Source of the DNA: Calditrichales bacterium
Lineage (GTDB): Bacteria > Calditrichota > Calditrichia > Calditrichales > J004
Assembly (NCBI GenBank): GCA_965267575.1
Contig: OZ254086.1
Location: 1,632,001-1,696,000 of the forward strand
DNA length: 64,000 nucleotides
Reading direction: 5' to 3'
Shown here one piece after another: positions 36,480 to 46,852 of this stretch. A program made the position numbers and the translations under genes. Numbering within the stretch: position 1 is the first letter of the stretch; each line of letters opens with the position of its first letter. Below the pieces are notes generated by a model. The model ran no database searches and had not been told where the DNA came from. It was given only the letters and a program-made list of their open reading frames with translations.

Positions 36480-38057
36480 ATGTCAACAGCACTTTACAGC
36501 GTGCCACGGCACATCATGATCATAGACGATGATTTCGATTTTGCCGAAAGCCTTTCGGATATTCTTACGGACAACGGCTACGAAACCTGCATTGCCCAAA
36601 ACGTGCAGGAAGTTAAGGAGCGCAGTCCCGAATTTGATCCGCGGGTAGCGCTGATCGATGTGCGTTTTGGCGACATCAGCGGTTTGGAACTGATCGAGTA
36701 TTTCAGGGAGAGCAGACCCGCTACGCTCTGTGTGATGATTACGGCCTACGCGATAGTGGATTCCGCCGTGGAAGCCCTGAAAAGGGGCGCTTACGATTAC
36801 CTGCGTAAACCGGTTAGCCCGGAAGACTTGTTGGCTACCATCGATCGCTGTTTTCAGAAAATCGATCTTGAAGCAGAGAAGGAGGCGGCGCAGCGCGCCC
36901 TGCGCAATACGGAAGAGCAGTTGATCCAATCGCAGAAAATGGAAGCCGTGGGCCGGCTGGCCGGTGGTGTTGCCCATGATTTTAATAATATCCTGACAAT
37001 TATCCTCGGCTTCAGCGATATATTGCTTACCAAAATTGACGGGGATCAGGCCGAGTATCTAAACGACATTCAGCAGATCCGCAGCGCTGCACTGCGTGCC
37101 AGCTCCCTAACCAAGCAGCTACTGGCCTTCAGCCGCAAGCATGTGGTATCACCCGAAATTCTCAATGTGAACAAAATATTAAAAGAGATCGAAAAGATGC
37201 TCATGCGTCTTATCGGCGAAAATGTGGAGCTGGAGCTTAAACTTGCAAACGGCATCGGGCAGATAAAGATGGACATGTCCTACCTGGAGCAGGCGATATT
37301 GAACCTGGTGGTAAATTCGCGCGATGCGATGCCCAAAGGCGGCAAGATTACAATCAGCACTAAACAGGTGTCCCTGAACGGTAATGAGCCCGGCCTGCTT
37401 ATGCCGCGGGCAGGTTCGTTTGTTTGTGTCTGCGTGGCCGACATCGGCATCGGGATGAGCCAGGACACGTTGCAGTTCATCTTTGAGCCCTTCTTCACCA
37501 CCAAGGATGTCGGGAAGGGAACGGGATTGGGGCTTTCCACGGTTTTCGGCATTATACAGCAGTGCGAGGGAACGCTGGAGGTAGACAGCGAACCCGGAAA
37601 GGGCACCAGGTTTTATCTCTATTTCCCGGTACATAAAGGCGAAGATGGTGAAAAAGCGCAGGTAGTTCCTGAAACGCATGTAGACGGAACAGAGACGATC
37701 CTGCTGTTGGAGGATGATACCACCCTGCGCGAGTTGGTGGCAAGCATTTTAACCCGCCACGGCTATGAAGTACACAGCTACGGCGATCCCCATCTCTGCC
37801 TGCGCGAAGTGGCTAAAAGCAAACAGCAGTTTGATCTGATCGTCAGCGATATAGTTATGCCCGGATTTAGCGGACCTGAAATAGTAGAAAAGATTTACGG
37901 AGACAGGGAATGGCCGGCGGTTATGTACATGTCCGGTTACACCAATGACGCGATTTCAAGTTATGACATTGAAAAAGCCAACGTGGAGTTTATTCAGAAG
38001 CCGTTTGCGCTGGCGGAGTTTATGCAGAGGGTCCGTTCTTTCCTGGACGCACAGTAA
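36480..38057 (+). CDS. Hybrid histidine kinase (REC-HisKA-HATPase-REC)
   Basis: N-terminal receiver; AHDFNN, NSRDAM, FFTTK and GTGLGL; C-terminal receiver DIVMP. Confidence 0.93.
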   Translation: MSTALYSVPRHIMIIDDDFDFAESLSDILTDNGYETCIAQNVQEVKERSPEFDPRVALIDVRFGDISGLELIEYFRESRPATLCVMITAYAIVDSAVEALKRGAYDYLRKPVSPEDLLATIDRCFQKIDLEAEKEAAQRALRNTEEQLIQSQKMEAVGRLAGGVAHDFNNILTIILGFSDILLTKIDGDQAEYLNDIQQIRSAALRASSLTKQLLAFSRKHVVSPEILNVNKILKEIEKMLMRLIGENVELELKLANGIGQIKMDMSYLEQAILNLVVNSRDAMPKGGKITISTKQVSLNGNEPGLLMPRAGSFVCVCVADIGIGMSQDTLQFIFEPFFTTKDVGKGTGLGLSTVFGIIQQCEGTLEVDSEPGKGTRFYLYFPVHKGEDGEKAQVVPETHVDGTETILLLEDDTTLRELVASILTRHGYEVHSYGDPHLCLREVAKSKQQFDLIVSDIVMPGFSGPEIVEKIYGDREWPAVMYMSGYTNDAISSYDIEKANVEFIQKPFALAEFMQRVRSFLDAQ

Positions 38058-38084
38058 GTTAACACTATCTATTGCCGGAGTTGT

Positions 38085-41000
38085 ATGGCGAGCAAAATAT
38101 CTGGACACATTTTACCTCTTTCCGATTTTGACAGGGAATTTATCAGAGAAGCTTTTAACGCTGCTGAACTTGGCATATGGAAATGGGATATCAGTACCGA
38201 TAAAGTTACCTGGTCTGAGAATGTACTGTCTATATTTGGGATCAGTGAGGAGCAGTTTGATTTTACCTATCGCGGGTTCTTAAGCTTCGTCCCCGAAGCA
38301 GACCGCGAATATGTCCGGAATACGATCGATTCCTGCCTCAAAAACCTTTCCGACGGCTACTACATGGAACATCGCATCGTGCGCGCAGGCAACAGCATAA
38401 GATGGCTGGAAACCTACGGTAAATTACAGCTTGACGAAGAGGGACGGCCCATGACCCTGCTGGGGACCGTTTGCGACGTTACGGCGCGCAAAGCTGCGCA
38501 GGAAGAGCTGGCCGCCAGCGAAAACCGGCTGCGCACGCTGATTGATGCCGGGAGTGACGCCATAGCCTGCTATGAGATAAAGCCGCCATTTGATCCGCAA
38601 CAGCCGCCGCGCAGACAAAAAAGCACCCTGGCCGGCGCCGTGTTGTCAGAATTTAATGATCGCTTTTCTGCTTTGCTGGGCATAGACCGGGCACGGCTTT
38701 ATGGCAGCCGGCTGGAAAAGCTGGTGCCCCTGTTCAAGGATATGCACGAAGATTTTATCGGGCGCCTTGTGGAAAAGAAATATGCGCTGACGGAGCGTGA
38801 AATATATATCGCCGGAAAGAAAAAGAGCGGTTACTTTAATGTCACCTTTGCACCCGTTTTTTCCGGGACGAAACTGCAGCGCCTGTGGATAAGCTTTCAC
38901 GACACAGGGGAGCAGCACAAAATATTAAGCCGGCTGCGTGCCAAGGATGAGCTGCTGCGGCACGTTATCAGTGATGTGGACAGCGGCGTCCTGTTGCTTT
39001 CGGCGAACGCGCGGTTTATCCAATATAACGACAAGGCGCTGGAGTTGTTGGGACTCTCCCGCCAAGCGATCGCCGGGCGCAGCTATGAAGAACTGCATCC
39101 CACCCTGCGCGATGATCAGGACCATGACCTGCCGCTCTCCTGGCATGCGCCGACTAAAGCGCTCAAGACCGGAAAAGATACACGGCAGACGGTTGCCGTT
39201 ATCAGTGAAGAAGAACCGCGTTGGCTGATCATCAGCGCCAAACCATGGAAGGATGCTTCGGGCAGCATCGAGCACGTGGTCTGCACGCTTACCGATATTA
39301 CGGCGCTCAAAAAAACCGAGCTGGCACTTAAGGAATCGGAGCACCTGTTTTCTCAGGCCTTTATGTCCAGTCCGGATGGCATTAGCATCACTTCATTTCC
39401 GGAAGGCATTTTCTACAAAGTAAACGACAGCTTTTTGCGCATAACGGGCTATAGCAGGGAAGAGCTGATCGGGAAAACGACACGCGAGGTAAATATCTGG
39501 TCTGATCCGGAGCGGCGCAGCGAAATGGTGGAAAAGCTGCAACGGGATGGTCATCTACACAACTTCAGGGCTTTTCTGAATACGCGGCAACAGGGCCAGG
39601 TGATGTGCGAACTTTCTATTGAAACGATCAGGCTCTCGGGCAAGCCTTATTTACTGGCCACCATCAAAGACATCACCGACCGCTATCTGGCTCAGCTTCG
39701 GCTGGAAGAGCAGCGCAATTTTAACCAGGCCATTCTCGATACGGCCGGGGTGCTGATTGTTGTTCTGGACCATGAAGGCCGCGTGGTTCGCTTTAACAAA
39801 TACTGCCATACGATAACCGGTTTTTCCACTGAGGAGCTGCGCGGCAAAAAGTTCTGGGAGTATTTGATCCCGGAAAAAGACAGAGCAGCCATGCGCGATT
39901 CTTTCAGCCGGCTCGTTACGCAAAAACTGACATCCCATGATACAAACGTGTGGCTGGATGCACAGGGAGCCGCGCACCATATTGCCTGGTCCAACAGCTG
40001 TATTATGGATGATGACAATCAGGTGAAATATGTGGTCAGCATAGGGCGCGATATTTCCGATTTGATGCGCAATGCCCATGAGCAGAAGCTGATGGCGCAA
40101 ATGGTGGAAGAGCTGAACAGCGCCACGGATCTGAACACAATGGCGCGCATTATGTCCGCCAAATGCGCGGCGCTGTTCGGGTATGACGCTTTCAGTTTTG
40201 AAGTGTTTGATGAGGAACGGCGCGTGCGCTACCCCATTTTGACTTTGGATACCATGGAAGGTGAAAGCAAGCCGCGCATTGTGCCTAATGAAATCGAACT
40301 GAGCCTGCCAAAAACGCTGGAGCAGGTTTTCCGAGGCAAAGGAAAACTGGTTAACCGCAAAGCGAGTGAAGATTTAAAAAAGGCTGACTTGAATCCCTTT
40401 GGCAGCGGCCGACGCTCGCTTTCCCTGCTGTTTGCGTCGGTGCGTGATAAAGCCGATTGCCTGGGTATCCTGAGTGTGCAAAGCTACAGGGAAAATCGTT
40501 ATGGTAACCGTGAACTGAATCTTCTGCAAATGATAGCCGACCACTCCAGTACAGCCATGCGCAGGATTATTGCGCAGGAAGAACTGGAGAAAAGCCAGGA
40601 GCATTACCGCCGGCTTTCCGAGGCGACCAGCGAAGGTATCATGTTTCACAGAAACGGTAAAATTGTAGACGCCAACAGCGCGTTGTGCCAGATGAGCGGC
40701 TTCGACCTGGAAGAGCTTATCGGAAGCAGTGCCTTTATGCTGGTGGCCAAAAAAGACCGTCCCTTTGTTTCGCAATACATTGCTGAAAACCGAGAAGGCA
40801 CAATTGAAGTAACGGGCATTCATAAAAGCGGAAGAAAGATTCCCCTGGAAATAAACGGTCGCAATACACATAAAGGCGAAAGTGGAATGCGCATTGTGGC
40901 CGTCCGCGACATTTCAGAGCGCAAGAAAGCTGAGGAGGATCTGCGCCTGAGCGAACAAAAGTTCCGCGTAATTTTTAACCAGGCTTTTCAATATATCGGA

Positions 41001-42509
41001 TTGCTTAGTGCAGAAGGCAGCATTATTTCGATGAACGAAACGGTATTTGCGCAATCCGGTCTGGGCGCCGGAGAGATGGATGGAAAGCCTCTCTGGGAGC
41101 TTTCCTGGTGGCGCGATAAGGCTGCTGCGGGTAAAAAACTGCGTCAGGCCATAAAAGCACTCGGCGATAAGGAAAACCTGCAGCGATTTGACCTGGAAGC
41201 TGTCTCCGCCGCGGGCACGCCGCAGATAGTTGACATTTCGCTGAAGCGGGTAACGGCAGCGCCGGGACAGATCAGGTATGTTATTTTTGAGGGCCGCGAT
41301 ATTACCGACATCCGCAAAGCGGAAGAGAGCCTGCGCAAACAGTCGCGAATTCTGCGCCAAACCGGCTCTCTGGCGCTGGTTGGCGGCTGGGAGGTGGATC
41401 TTCAAACCCAGGCGTTTTTCTGGACCCAGCAGACGTATGAAATTCATGATGTTGATGAGACATTCGCTCCCACATTTAAAAGCCTGAAGCCGTTTTATAA
41501 AGCCCTCAATATGGGCGCGATCGACGAAATCGTGGATGATCTGCAACAGTTGAGCGGCTCTTTCAATTTCAGTATTCCCATGACCACGGCGAAAGGCACC
41601 AAAAAATGGGTCCGCGTGATCGGTGACCTGGAGCGCCAAAATAACCGCGCGGTAAAAGCCTTTGGCGCAATCCAGGATATTACGCAGCAGAAAGAATATG
41701 AAGAGGAATTAACGGCCTATCGCTATAACCTGGAACGTCTCGTCGAAGAGCGTACCGGCGAGTTGAAAAAGACGCAGGAGGCGCTGATAAGCAGTGAAAA
41801 AATGGCTACACTGGGTCGCCTGACCGGCGTTGTAAGCCATGAACTGCGCAACCCCCTGGGGACGATCCGCAGCTCGCTTTACACGATCCGTGAAAAGGCA
41901 CGCAAGTCCAACGTCGATATCGAAAGACCGCTCAGCCGTGCCGAAAGAAATATCGTGCGCTGCGATCTCATTATAGAGGAGCTATTGGAATATACACGGG
42001 CCCGTGAACTGACGACAGAACGGGCGGATCTTTCCGAATGGCTGCAGTCTTTTCTGGATGAACACGCTGTGCCCGATGATATTATTTTGAACCGAAGCAT
42101 CAGTGAAGGCGTCATTGTGGAATTTGACAAGGAGCGACTGCGCCGCTGTATGATAAACCTGATCGACAATGCCTGCCAGGCCATTCTTGGCGCCAGAAAC
42201 GCCGGGACAAAAGATGCCCGCGTTTTGGTTGTTTTAAGGACCACCAGGAACCACGCGGTTATCGAGGTAACCGACAACGGGCCGGGGCTAGGTGACATGG
42301 AGCCGGAAAAGCTGTTTGAACCGTTGTTCAGTACCAAAAGCTTCGGCGCCGGCCTGGGCCTGCCCATAGTCCGGCAGATCATTCAGCAGCACGGTGGCGA
42401 AATGACAATCGCTAACGTAACTAAGGATGAGGGAGCAAAAGCGGTGATGAGGCTTCCGTTGTCAAACGGGGATTCAAAACCAAACGGGGAGGGACATGAC
42501 CAGGGATAA
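38085..42509 (+). CDS. Large cytoplasmic multi-PAS/GAF histidine kinase
   Basis: Repeated PAS/PAC units ending D-I-T/S; GAF (GILSVQSY); SHELRNP, DNGPG and GAGLGL. Confidence 0.93.
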   Translation: MASKISGHILPLSDFDREFIREAFNAAELGIWKWDISTDKVTWSENVLSIFGISEEQFDFTYRGFLSFVPEADREYVRNTIDSCLKNLSDGYYMEHRIVRAGNSIRWLETYGKLQLDEEGRPMTLLGTVCDVTARKAAQEELAASENRLRTLIDAGSDAIACYEIKPPFDPQQPPRRQKSTLAGAVLSEFNDRFSALLGIDRARLYGSRLEKLVPLFKDMHEDFIGRLVEKKYALTEREIYIAGKKKSGYFNVTFAPVFSGTKLQRLWISFHDTGEQHKILSRLRAKDELLRHVISDVDSGVLLLSANARFIQYNDKALELLGLSRQAIAGRSYEELHPTLRDDQDHDLPLSWHAPTKALKTGKDTRQTVAVISEEEPRWLIISAKPWKDASGSIEHVVCTLTDITALKKTELALKESEHLFSQAFMSSPDGISITSFPEGIFYKVNDSFLRITGYSREELIGKTTREVNIWSDPERRSEMVEKLQRDGHLHNFRAFLNTRQQGQVMCELSIETIRLSGKPYLLATIKDITDRYLAQLRLEEQRNFNQAILDTAGVLIVVLDHEGRVVRFNKYCHTITGFSTEELRGKKFWEYLIPEKDRAAMRDSFSRLVTQKLTSHDTNVWLDAQGAAHHIAWSNSCIMDDDNQVKYVVSIGRDISDLMRNAHEQKLMAQMVEELNSATDLNTMARIMSAKCAALFGYDAFSFEVFDEERRVRYPILTLDTMEGESKPRIVPNEIELSLPKTLEQVFRGKGKLVNRKASEDLKKADLNPFGSGRRSLSLLFASVRDKADCLGILSVQSYRENRYGNRELNLLQMIADHSSTAMRRIIAQEELEKSQEHYRRLSEATSEGIMFHRNGKIVDANSALCQMSGFDLEELIGSSAFMLVAKKDRPFVSQYIAENREGTIEVTGIHKSGRKIPLEINGRNTHKGESGMRIVAVRDISERKKAEEDLRLSEQKFRVIFNQAFQYIGLLSAEGSIISMNETVFAQSGLGAGEMDGKPLWELSWWRDKAAAGKKLRQAIKALGDKENLQRFDLEAVSAAGTPQIVDISLKRVTAAPGQIRYVIFEGRDITDIRKAEESLRKQSRILRQTGSLALVGGWEVDLQTQAFFWTQQTYEIHDVDETFAPTFKSLKPFYKALNMGAIDEIVDDLQQLSGSFNFSIPMTTAKGTKKWVRVIGDLERQNNRAVKAFGAIQDITQQKEYEEELTAYRYNLERLVEERTGELKKTQEALISSEKMATLGRLTGVVSHELRNPLGTIRSSLYTIREKARKSNVDIERPLSRAERNIVRCDLIIEELLEYTRARELTTERADLSEWLQSFLDEHAVPDDIILNRSISEGVIVEFDKERLRRCMINLIDNACQAILGARNAGTKDARVLVVLRTTRNHAVIEVTDNGPGLGDMEPEKLFEPLFSTKSFGAGLGLPIVRQIIQQHGGEMTIANVTKDEGAKAVMRLPLSNGDSKPNGEGHDQG

Positions 42510-43221
42510 ACTGAGCATTTTCATCGTGGATGATGACGTTGATTTTGCCGAAAGCCTGGCCGACGTCATCGAGATGAGAGGCTACCAGGTGCAGATTGCC
42601 AACGATGGTGAGGAAGCCGTGGAGCGTTTTCGGCAAAACTCCTTCGATCTTGTTTTTATGGACGTAAAGCTGCCCGGCATCGATGGCGTAGAGGCGTTTT
42701 CAAGGATCAGGGCACAGCAGTCCGACGCCAAGGTGATTATGATGACGGGCTTTAAAGTGGAGCAGCGCATCAAGGAAGCGTTGCAGAACGGCGCCTGGAC
42801 GGTTCTTTCCAAACCACTGGACATCGATTATGTTTTGCAGGTTATTGAGCGTCTTGATATGGGCGGGGTACTTATTGCCGAGGACGATGCTGATTTCCGC
42901 GCCACGATAGAAGAGATTCTGACCGAAAAGGGCTACAGTGTCATACTGGCACAAAATGGCGAAGAGGCGCTGGCCAGGGTAAGAAAAAATGCGCCCGATA
43001 TCGTTATTCTTGATTTGAGATTGCCGCTGATACACGGTATCGAAGTGTACCTTGAAATGCGCCGCGAGAACATCACCATTCCGACAATTATTATTACCGC
43101 CTACCTGGAAGAAGAGGCTACGGCCATAAAGATATTACGGGAAAATAAGGTGGACGGGATCCTGGTAAAACCTTTTGCGCCTGAGGACCTTTTAAGCCTG
43201 GTTGAAAAAGCTAAGATATAG
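42496..43221 (+). CDS. Tandem double-receiver response regulator
   Basis: Two REC domains (VDDD/MDVKLP/KP and AEDD/LDLRLP/KP); no output domain. Confidence 0.9.
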   Translation: MTRDKLSIFIVDDDVDFAESLADVIEMRGYQVQIANDGEEAVERFRQNSFDLVFMDVKLPGIDGVEAFSRIRAQQSDAKVIMMTGFKVEQRIKEALQNGAWTVLSKPLDIDYVLQVIERLDMGGVLIAEDDADFRATIEEILTEKGYSVILAQNGEEALARVRKNAPDIVILDLRLPLIHGIEVYLEMRRENITIPTIIITAYLEEEATAIKILRENKVDGILVKPFAPEDLLSLVEKAKI

Positions 43222-43843
43222 TTTTCCTGCGCCGTTCCAGGTAGTTGTGCCATAGCAGCCGGGCAGCGGCTGCCCGGTAAGGTTTCCAACTCGCAGCTTT
43301 CGCGCGCAGGTCGTCGTATGACGGTACGTTGTCCAGTTCAAACACTTCTTTCGCCGAAACCGCCAGCGCCCGGTCACCATCGGGCCAGATATCAGGTCGG
43401 CACATGGCCATCAGCAGGTAAATGGCGGAGGTCCACTTGCCGATACCTGTTATGCTCTGCAACGCCAGGGCCGCTTCATCATCACCAAGCCGGTTCAATT
43501 TTTCAAGCGGGTTACCGTTCAAAACCGTTTGCGATAGTATCCTTCCATAGCGCGTTTTTTGGCGGCTAAAACCAATTTTTTTCAACTCGCCGTCGGTAAG
43601 TGTAAGAAAGCTTTGCGGTGTGATTGTACCGAGGGCAGAGAGCAAACTTTGGTAAGCTGCCTGCGCCGAGGCCAGTGACACCTGCTGTTCCAGAATGATG
43701 CGCAACAGGGTTTCAAAGCCCGGTGGCCGGTCCCACAAGGGCGGGTAGCCGTAGCGGGCGATCACACTTGCAAAAGCGGGCTCCGTTTGCGCCAGGATAT
43801 CGCAGGCTTTTTGCAGGCTCTCTTCGGTCAGCGGTTCAGTCAT
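43211..43843 (-). CDS. alkA: DNA-3-methyladenine glycosylase II (AlkA family)
   Basis: ILEQQVS, GIGKWT (HhH), WPDGD, WKPYRA. Confidence 0.88.
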   Translation of the reverse strand: MTEPLTEESLQKACDILAQTEPAFASVIARYGYPPLWDRPPGFETLLRIILEQQVSLASAQAAYQSLLSALGTITPQSFLTLTDGELKKIGFSRQKTRYGRILSQTVLNGNPLEKLNRLGDDEAALALQSITGIGKWTSAIYLLMAMCRPDIWPDGDRALAVSAKEVFELDNVPSYDDLRAKAASWKPYRAAAARLLWHNYLERRRKTIS

Positions 43844-44276
43844 TTTCCTGCCGCGACCGTTTTTTTAGGCGTTTCCAGTAGGTGTGGTAACGGGCCATGC
43901 GCTCCTTGTCCCTGTCGCCAAAGTCGTTCACCCGGCGCATATCCATATTGTCTTCCAGGTCGGCCAGCTTGAGACGCCTTGCTCCAGCGTCATGCTCCAG
44001 CCGGGCGATGTACTCGGCGTAGCTTTCATCTTCGCGCCGCGACAGCAAGTCCACCAGTTCCACGACGCGCTCAGGGAAGCCTTCTTCACGTAAGTCATCC
44101 AGCGTGGTCGGACTGTCTTCCACCACATCGTGTAGAAGCGCCGCGCATTGCTCGGTCTCATTTTCCACACGCTGCATCACACGGATGGGATGCAAAAGAT
44201 AGGGCATGCCGTATTTGTCTTTTTGACCCTTGTGGACTCGATAGGCAACGTCGAGGGCTTTTTCCAATAGATTCAT
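43836..44276 (-). CDS. HD-domain protein, small alarmone hydrolase (Mesh1-like)
   Basis: HKGQKDK.G.PY..HP, LLHDVVED, KLADLEDN. Confidence 0.8.
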   Translation of the reverse strand: MNLLEKALDVAYRVHKGQKDKYGMPYLLHPIRVMQRVENETEQCAALLHDVVEDSPTTLDDLREEGFPERVVELVDLLSRREDESYAEYIARLEHDAGARRLKLADLEDNMDMRRVNDFGDRDKERMARYHTYWKRLKKRSRQEND

Positions 44277-44428
44277 AAGCGTGTTGATTTGTGTCAGTGT
44301 GTTATGGTGCTAATGTGTTAAGGTTCTTGATCGTGATCGTGATCGTACTCTTGATCCTGATCTACTTTGTTTTGTGTCAATGGATACCGGTGTGTCCTGA
44401 CGGACAACCGGGATGACAGAGTTAGATT

Positions 44429-44791
44429 TCACTTCTTATTCCAAAAGTTAAAATATAAGGATAAAGCGAATGCTGCCAAAAACAGGCTAAGTGTCAGCAT
44501 GTCCACTGTCTGCGCCGCAAAATCAAAAGGAGTAACCTTTTCCAGCAGCCACTCGATGTAAGATGCCGGCATGTCGCGGAAACCCAGCTCCCGGCGTACC
44601 TGCCACTGCCAGTCGGTGATGGGGCAATAACCCCAGCCGTACCAGGCGCCCAGCCCAAACCAGGAGGCAAATACAACCAATACCGATACCAGGTGCAGAC
44701 GCCTTGTTTTTGGCCAAATCCAGCCCAGCAGGTTAAAAGCAATCAACGCCAGGTGCGCAAAATGTAAAAGAATATTAAAAAGGTGCAGCAT
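44429..44791 (-). CDS. DUF2784-family membrane protein
   Basis: HLALIAFNLLGW..LHL..WGYCPITDWQW. Confidence 0.75.
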   Translation of the reverse strand: MLHLFNILLHFAHLALIAFNLLGWIWPKTRRLHLVSVLVVFASWFGLGAWYGWGYCPITDWQWQVRRELGFRDMPASYIEWLLEKVTPFDFAAQTVDMLTLSLFLAAFALSLYFNFWNKK

Positions 44792-44835
44792 AATCCCGCC
44801 TTGCCGGGCAGCAGTTTAAAGGCTATTTTTGCGCC

Positions 44836-45513
44836 ATGCAAATAATCAAACTCCAGGTAACACAAACCTTTCAGCAGCCTTTTGAGCTTCTGCTGCCCGA
44901 CACAGGTAGCAAAATCCGCGCGGTGGTCATTGCGCTGCATGGTTACGGTCAACAGCCTGATGATATAAAATCGATTTTGCTGAATGGACTGGAAGATGAC
45001 ATCGCGCTGGCGCTGCTCCAGGGGCCATTTCCACATCACCGCCGCCGTCCCGAGGCCGGTAAAAAGACCGATTTCGGCTTTGGCTGGATCACCTCTTACG
45101 AACCGCAGGAAGCGGTAGCGCTGCATCATAATGCGATCCTGCGCATCCTTGATGAACTGGCGCGCCGTACTATAAATGCCCCGCGACTGCTGTTTGGCTT
45201 CTCGCAATCGGTCGCGCTCAATTTCCGTTTTTTGTTTACACACCCGCAAAAATGTGACGGCGTGATTGCAATGTGTGGAGGTATTCCCGGCGACTGGAAC
45301 AGCAACCCCGTTTACACAAAAGCTGAGAAGCGCGTTCTTTACATCGGTGTCGAAGATGATGAGATATATCCGCCCGAGGTTATCCGGCGCAACAGTGACA
45401 AATTAAAAGAACACGGCGCTCGTGTGGAAACCGCCTTTTTTCCCGGCAAACACCGTATCCCTCAAGATGCTTTTAAACGGCTTAACCGATTCATCCGGCA
45501 GTTAGCTCCCTGA
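44836..45513 (+). CDS. Alpha/beta hydrolase (phospholipase/carboxylesterase-like)
   Basis: LHGYG, GFSQS, G.EDDE, GKH. Confidence 0.8.
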   Translation: MQIIKLQVTQTFQQPFELLLPDTGSKIRAVVIALHGYGQQPDDIKSILLNGLEDDIALALLQGPFPHHRRRPEAGKKTDFGFGWITSYEPQEAVALHHNAILRILDELARRTINAPRLLFGFSQSVALNFRFLFTHPQKCDGVIAMCGGIPGDWNSNPVYTKAEKRVLYIGVEDDEIYPPEVIRRNSDKLKEHGARVETAFFPGKHRIPQDAFKRLNRFIRQLAP

Positions 45514-45535
45514 TATATACAGATCAGTAAATAAG

Positions 45536-45561
45536 TGTAACCACAGCTGGCTCGAACCGTA
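45536..45561 (+). promoter_or_regulatory. ECF-sigma-type promoter
   Basis: TGTAAC-N16-CGTA about 50 bp upstream of the DUF2911 gene. Confidence 0.55.
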
Positions 45562-45611
45562 TCATTTGGCTGTCCTTTCTTTTTTATCCACTTACCAATT
45601 TGGGAGGTTTT

Positions 45612-46691
45612 ATGATTAGCCACCGTCTTATTTTGTCCGCTGTCGTTTTTACTTTATGTGCAGCCGGCGCTCTATTTGCCCAGCAGGGTCTGCCGTTTCA
45701 GCGCGTCAGTCCGCAGGCAGAGGTGCGGCAAAACATCGGCAACTTTGTAACGGTCACCATCAACTACAGCAGTCCCGCCGTAAATGGCCGCGAGGTGTAC
45801 GGGCAGCTGGTGCCATACGGACTGGCGTCAAACAACTTTGGCAACGGCAAACCGATGCCCTGGCGCGCCGGGGCCAACGAGAATACGGTCATCACCTTCA
45901 GCCACGATGTGATGATTGAAGGCGAGAACCTGCCCGCCGGCACCTACGGCCTGCACATGATCCCGGGTGAAAAGGAGTGGGTGGTTATCTTTAACAAAAA
46001 CCACGATGCCTGGGGAAGCTTTTTTTACGAAGAAGACCAGGACGTGCTGCGCGTGAACGTAAAGCCGCAGAGCGCGCCACACATGGAAAATCTGGCTTAT
46101 TATTTTGACGAACTCTCCTTTTCCGGCGCCACCGCTTTCCTGCATTGGGAGAAAAAACGCGTGCCCTTTAAGATTTCCATAGACGATAAAAAGATCACCG
46201 TGGAGGAGTACCGCAAGCTGCTTACTAATTTACAAGGTTTTAACCCGGCGGCTTATGCGGCAGCCGCGCAATACTGCCTGCAAAACAGCTACAACCTGGA
46301 AGAGGCCATGGCCTGGGCCGACCGCGCTCTCAACATGCCCAACGGCGCCACGTTTGGCAATAAATCGGTTAAGGCCGGATTGCTGACCGCCACGGGCCAA
46401 AAAGAAAAAGCAGATCAAATGATGGAGAGTGCCATCGCCGGGGCCAGCGAAGCCGAGCTGAACACCTACGGCTACCAGCTGATGAACACGAACCGTCTGG
46501 ATGAAGCCATCCGCATTTTTAAACTCAACGTGGAGCGGCACCCCGATTCCTGGAATGTCTACGACAGCCTGGGTGAAGCGCTCAACAATAAAGGCGATCG
46601 TGACGGGGCGCTGGCCAATTACAAAAAAGCCCTGGAGATGGCGCCGGCCGGACAGCACAGCCGCATCAATACCATTCTGCAGGGAATTTAG
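45612..46691 (+). CDS. DUF2911 protein with C-terminal TPR
   Basis: SPQAEVRQ, YSSP, LVPYG, WRAGANE, AGTYGL; NVYDSLGEA TPR; GGAGG RBS before ATG 45612. Confidence 0.85.
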   Translation: MISHRLILSAVVFTLCAAGALFAQQGLPFQRVSPQAEVRQNIGNFVTVTINYSSPAVNGREVYGQLVPYGLASNNFGNGKPMPWRAGANENTVITFSHDVMIEGENLPAGTYGLHMIPGEKEWVVIFNKNHDAWGSFFYEEDQDVLRVNVKPQSAPHMENLAYYFDELSFSGATAFLHWEKKRVPFKISIDDKKITVEEYRKLLTNLQGFNPAAYAAAAQYCLQNSYNLEEAMAWADRALNMPNGATFGNKSVKAGLLTATGQKEKADQMMESAIAGASEAELNTYGYQLMNTNRLDEAIRIFKLNVERHPDSWNVYDSLGEALNNKGDRDGALANYKKALEMAPAGQHSRINTILQGI

Positions 46692-46756
46692 TGCACCCCT
46701 AAGGCGTCTTATTCTTTTTTTAAATGACCGTCTTCCGGGCCGGTCAGCGCAATTCG

Positions 46757-46785
46757 GGCCGGGTTTTTTGTCCCGGCTCTTTTGT
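46757..46785 (+). terminator. Intrinsic terminator
   Basis: GGGCCGGG-TTTTTTGT-CCCGGCTC-TTTT. Confidence 0.65.
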
Positions 46786-46852
46786 TTCTTAACGTCTTCT
46801 TGCTATTTTTCGGGCTTATTAATCGCCACTACCAAACGCCTTTGGAGAGTTC

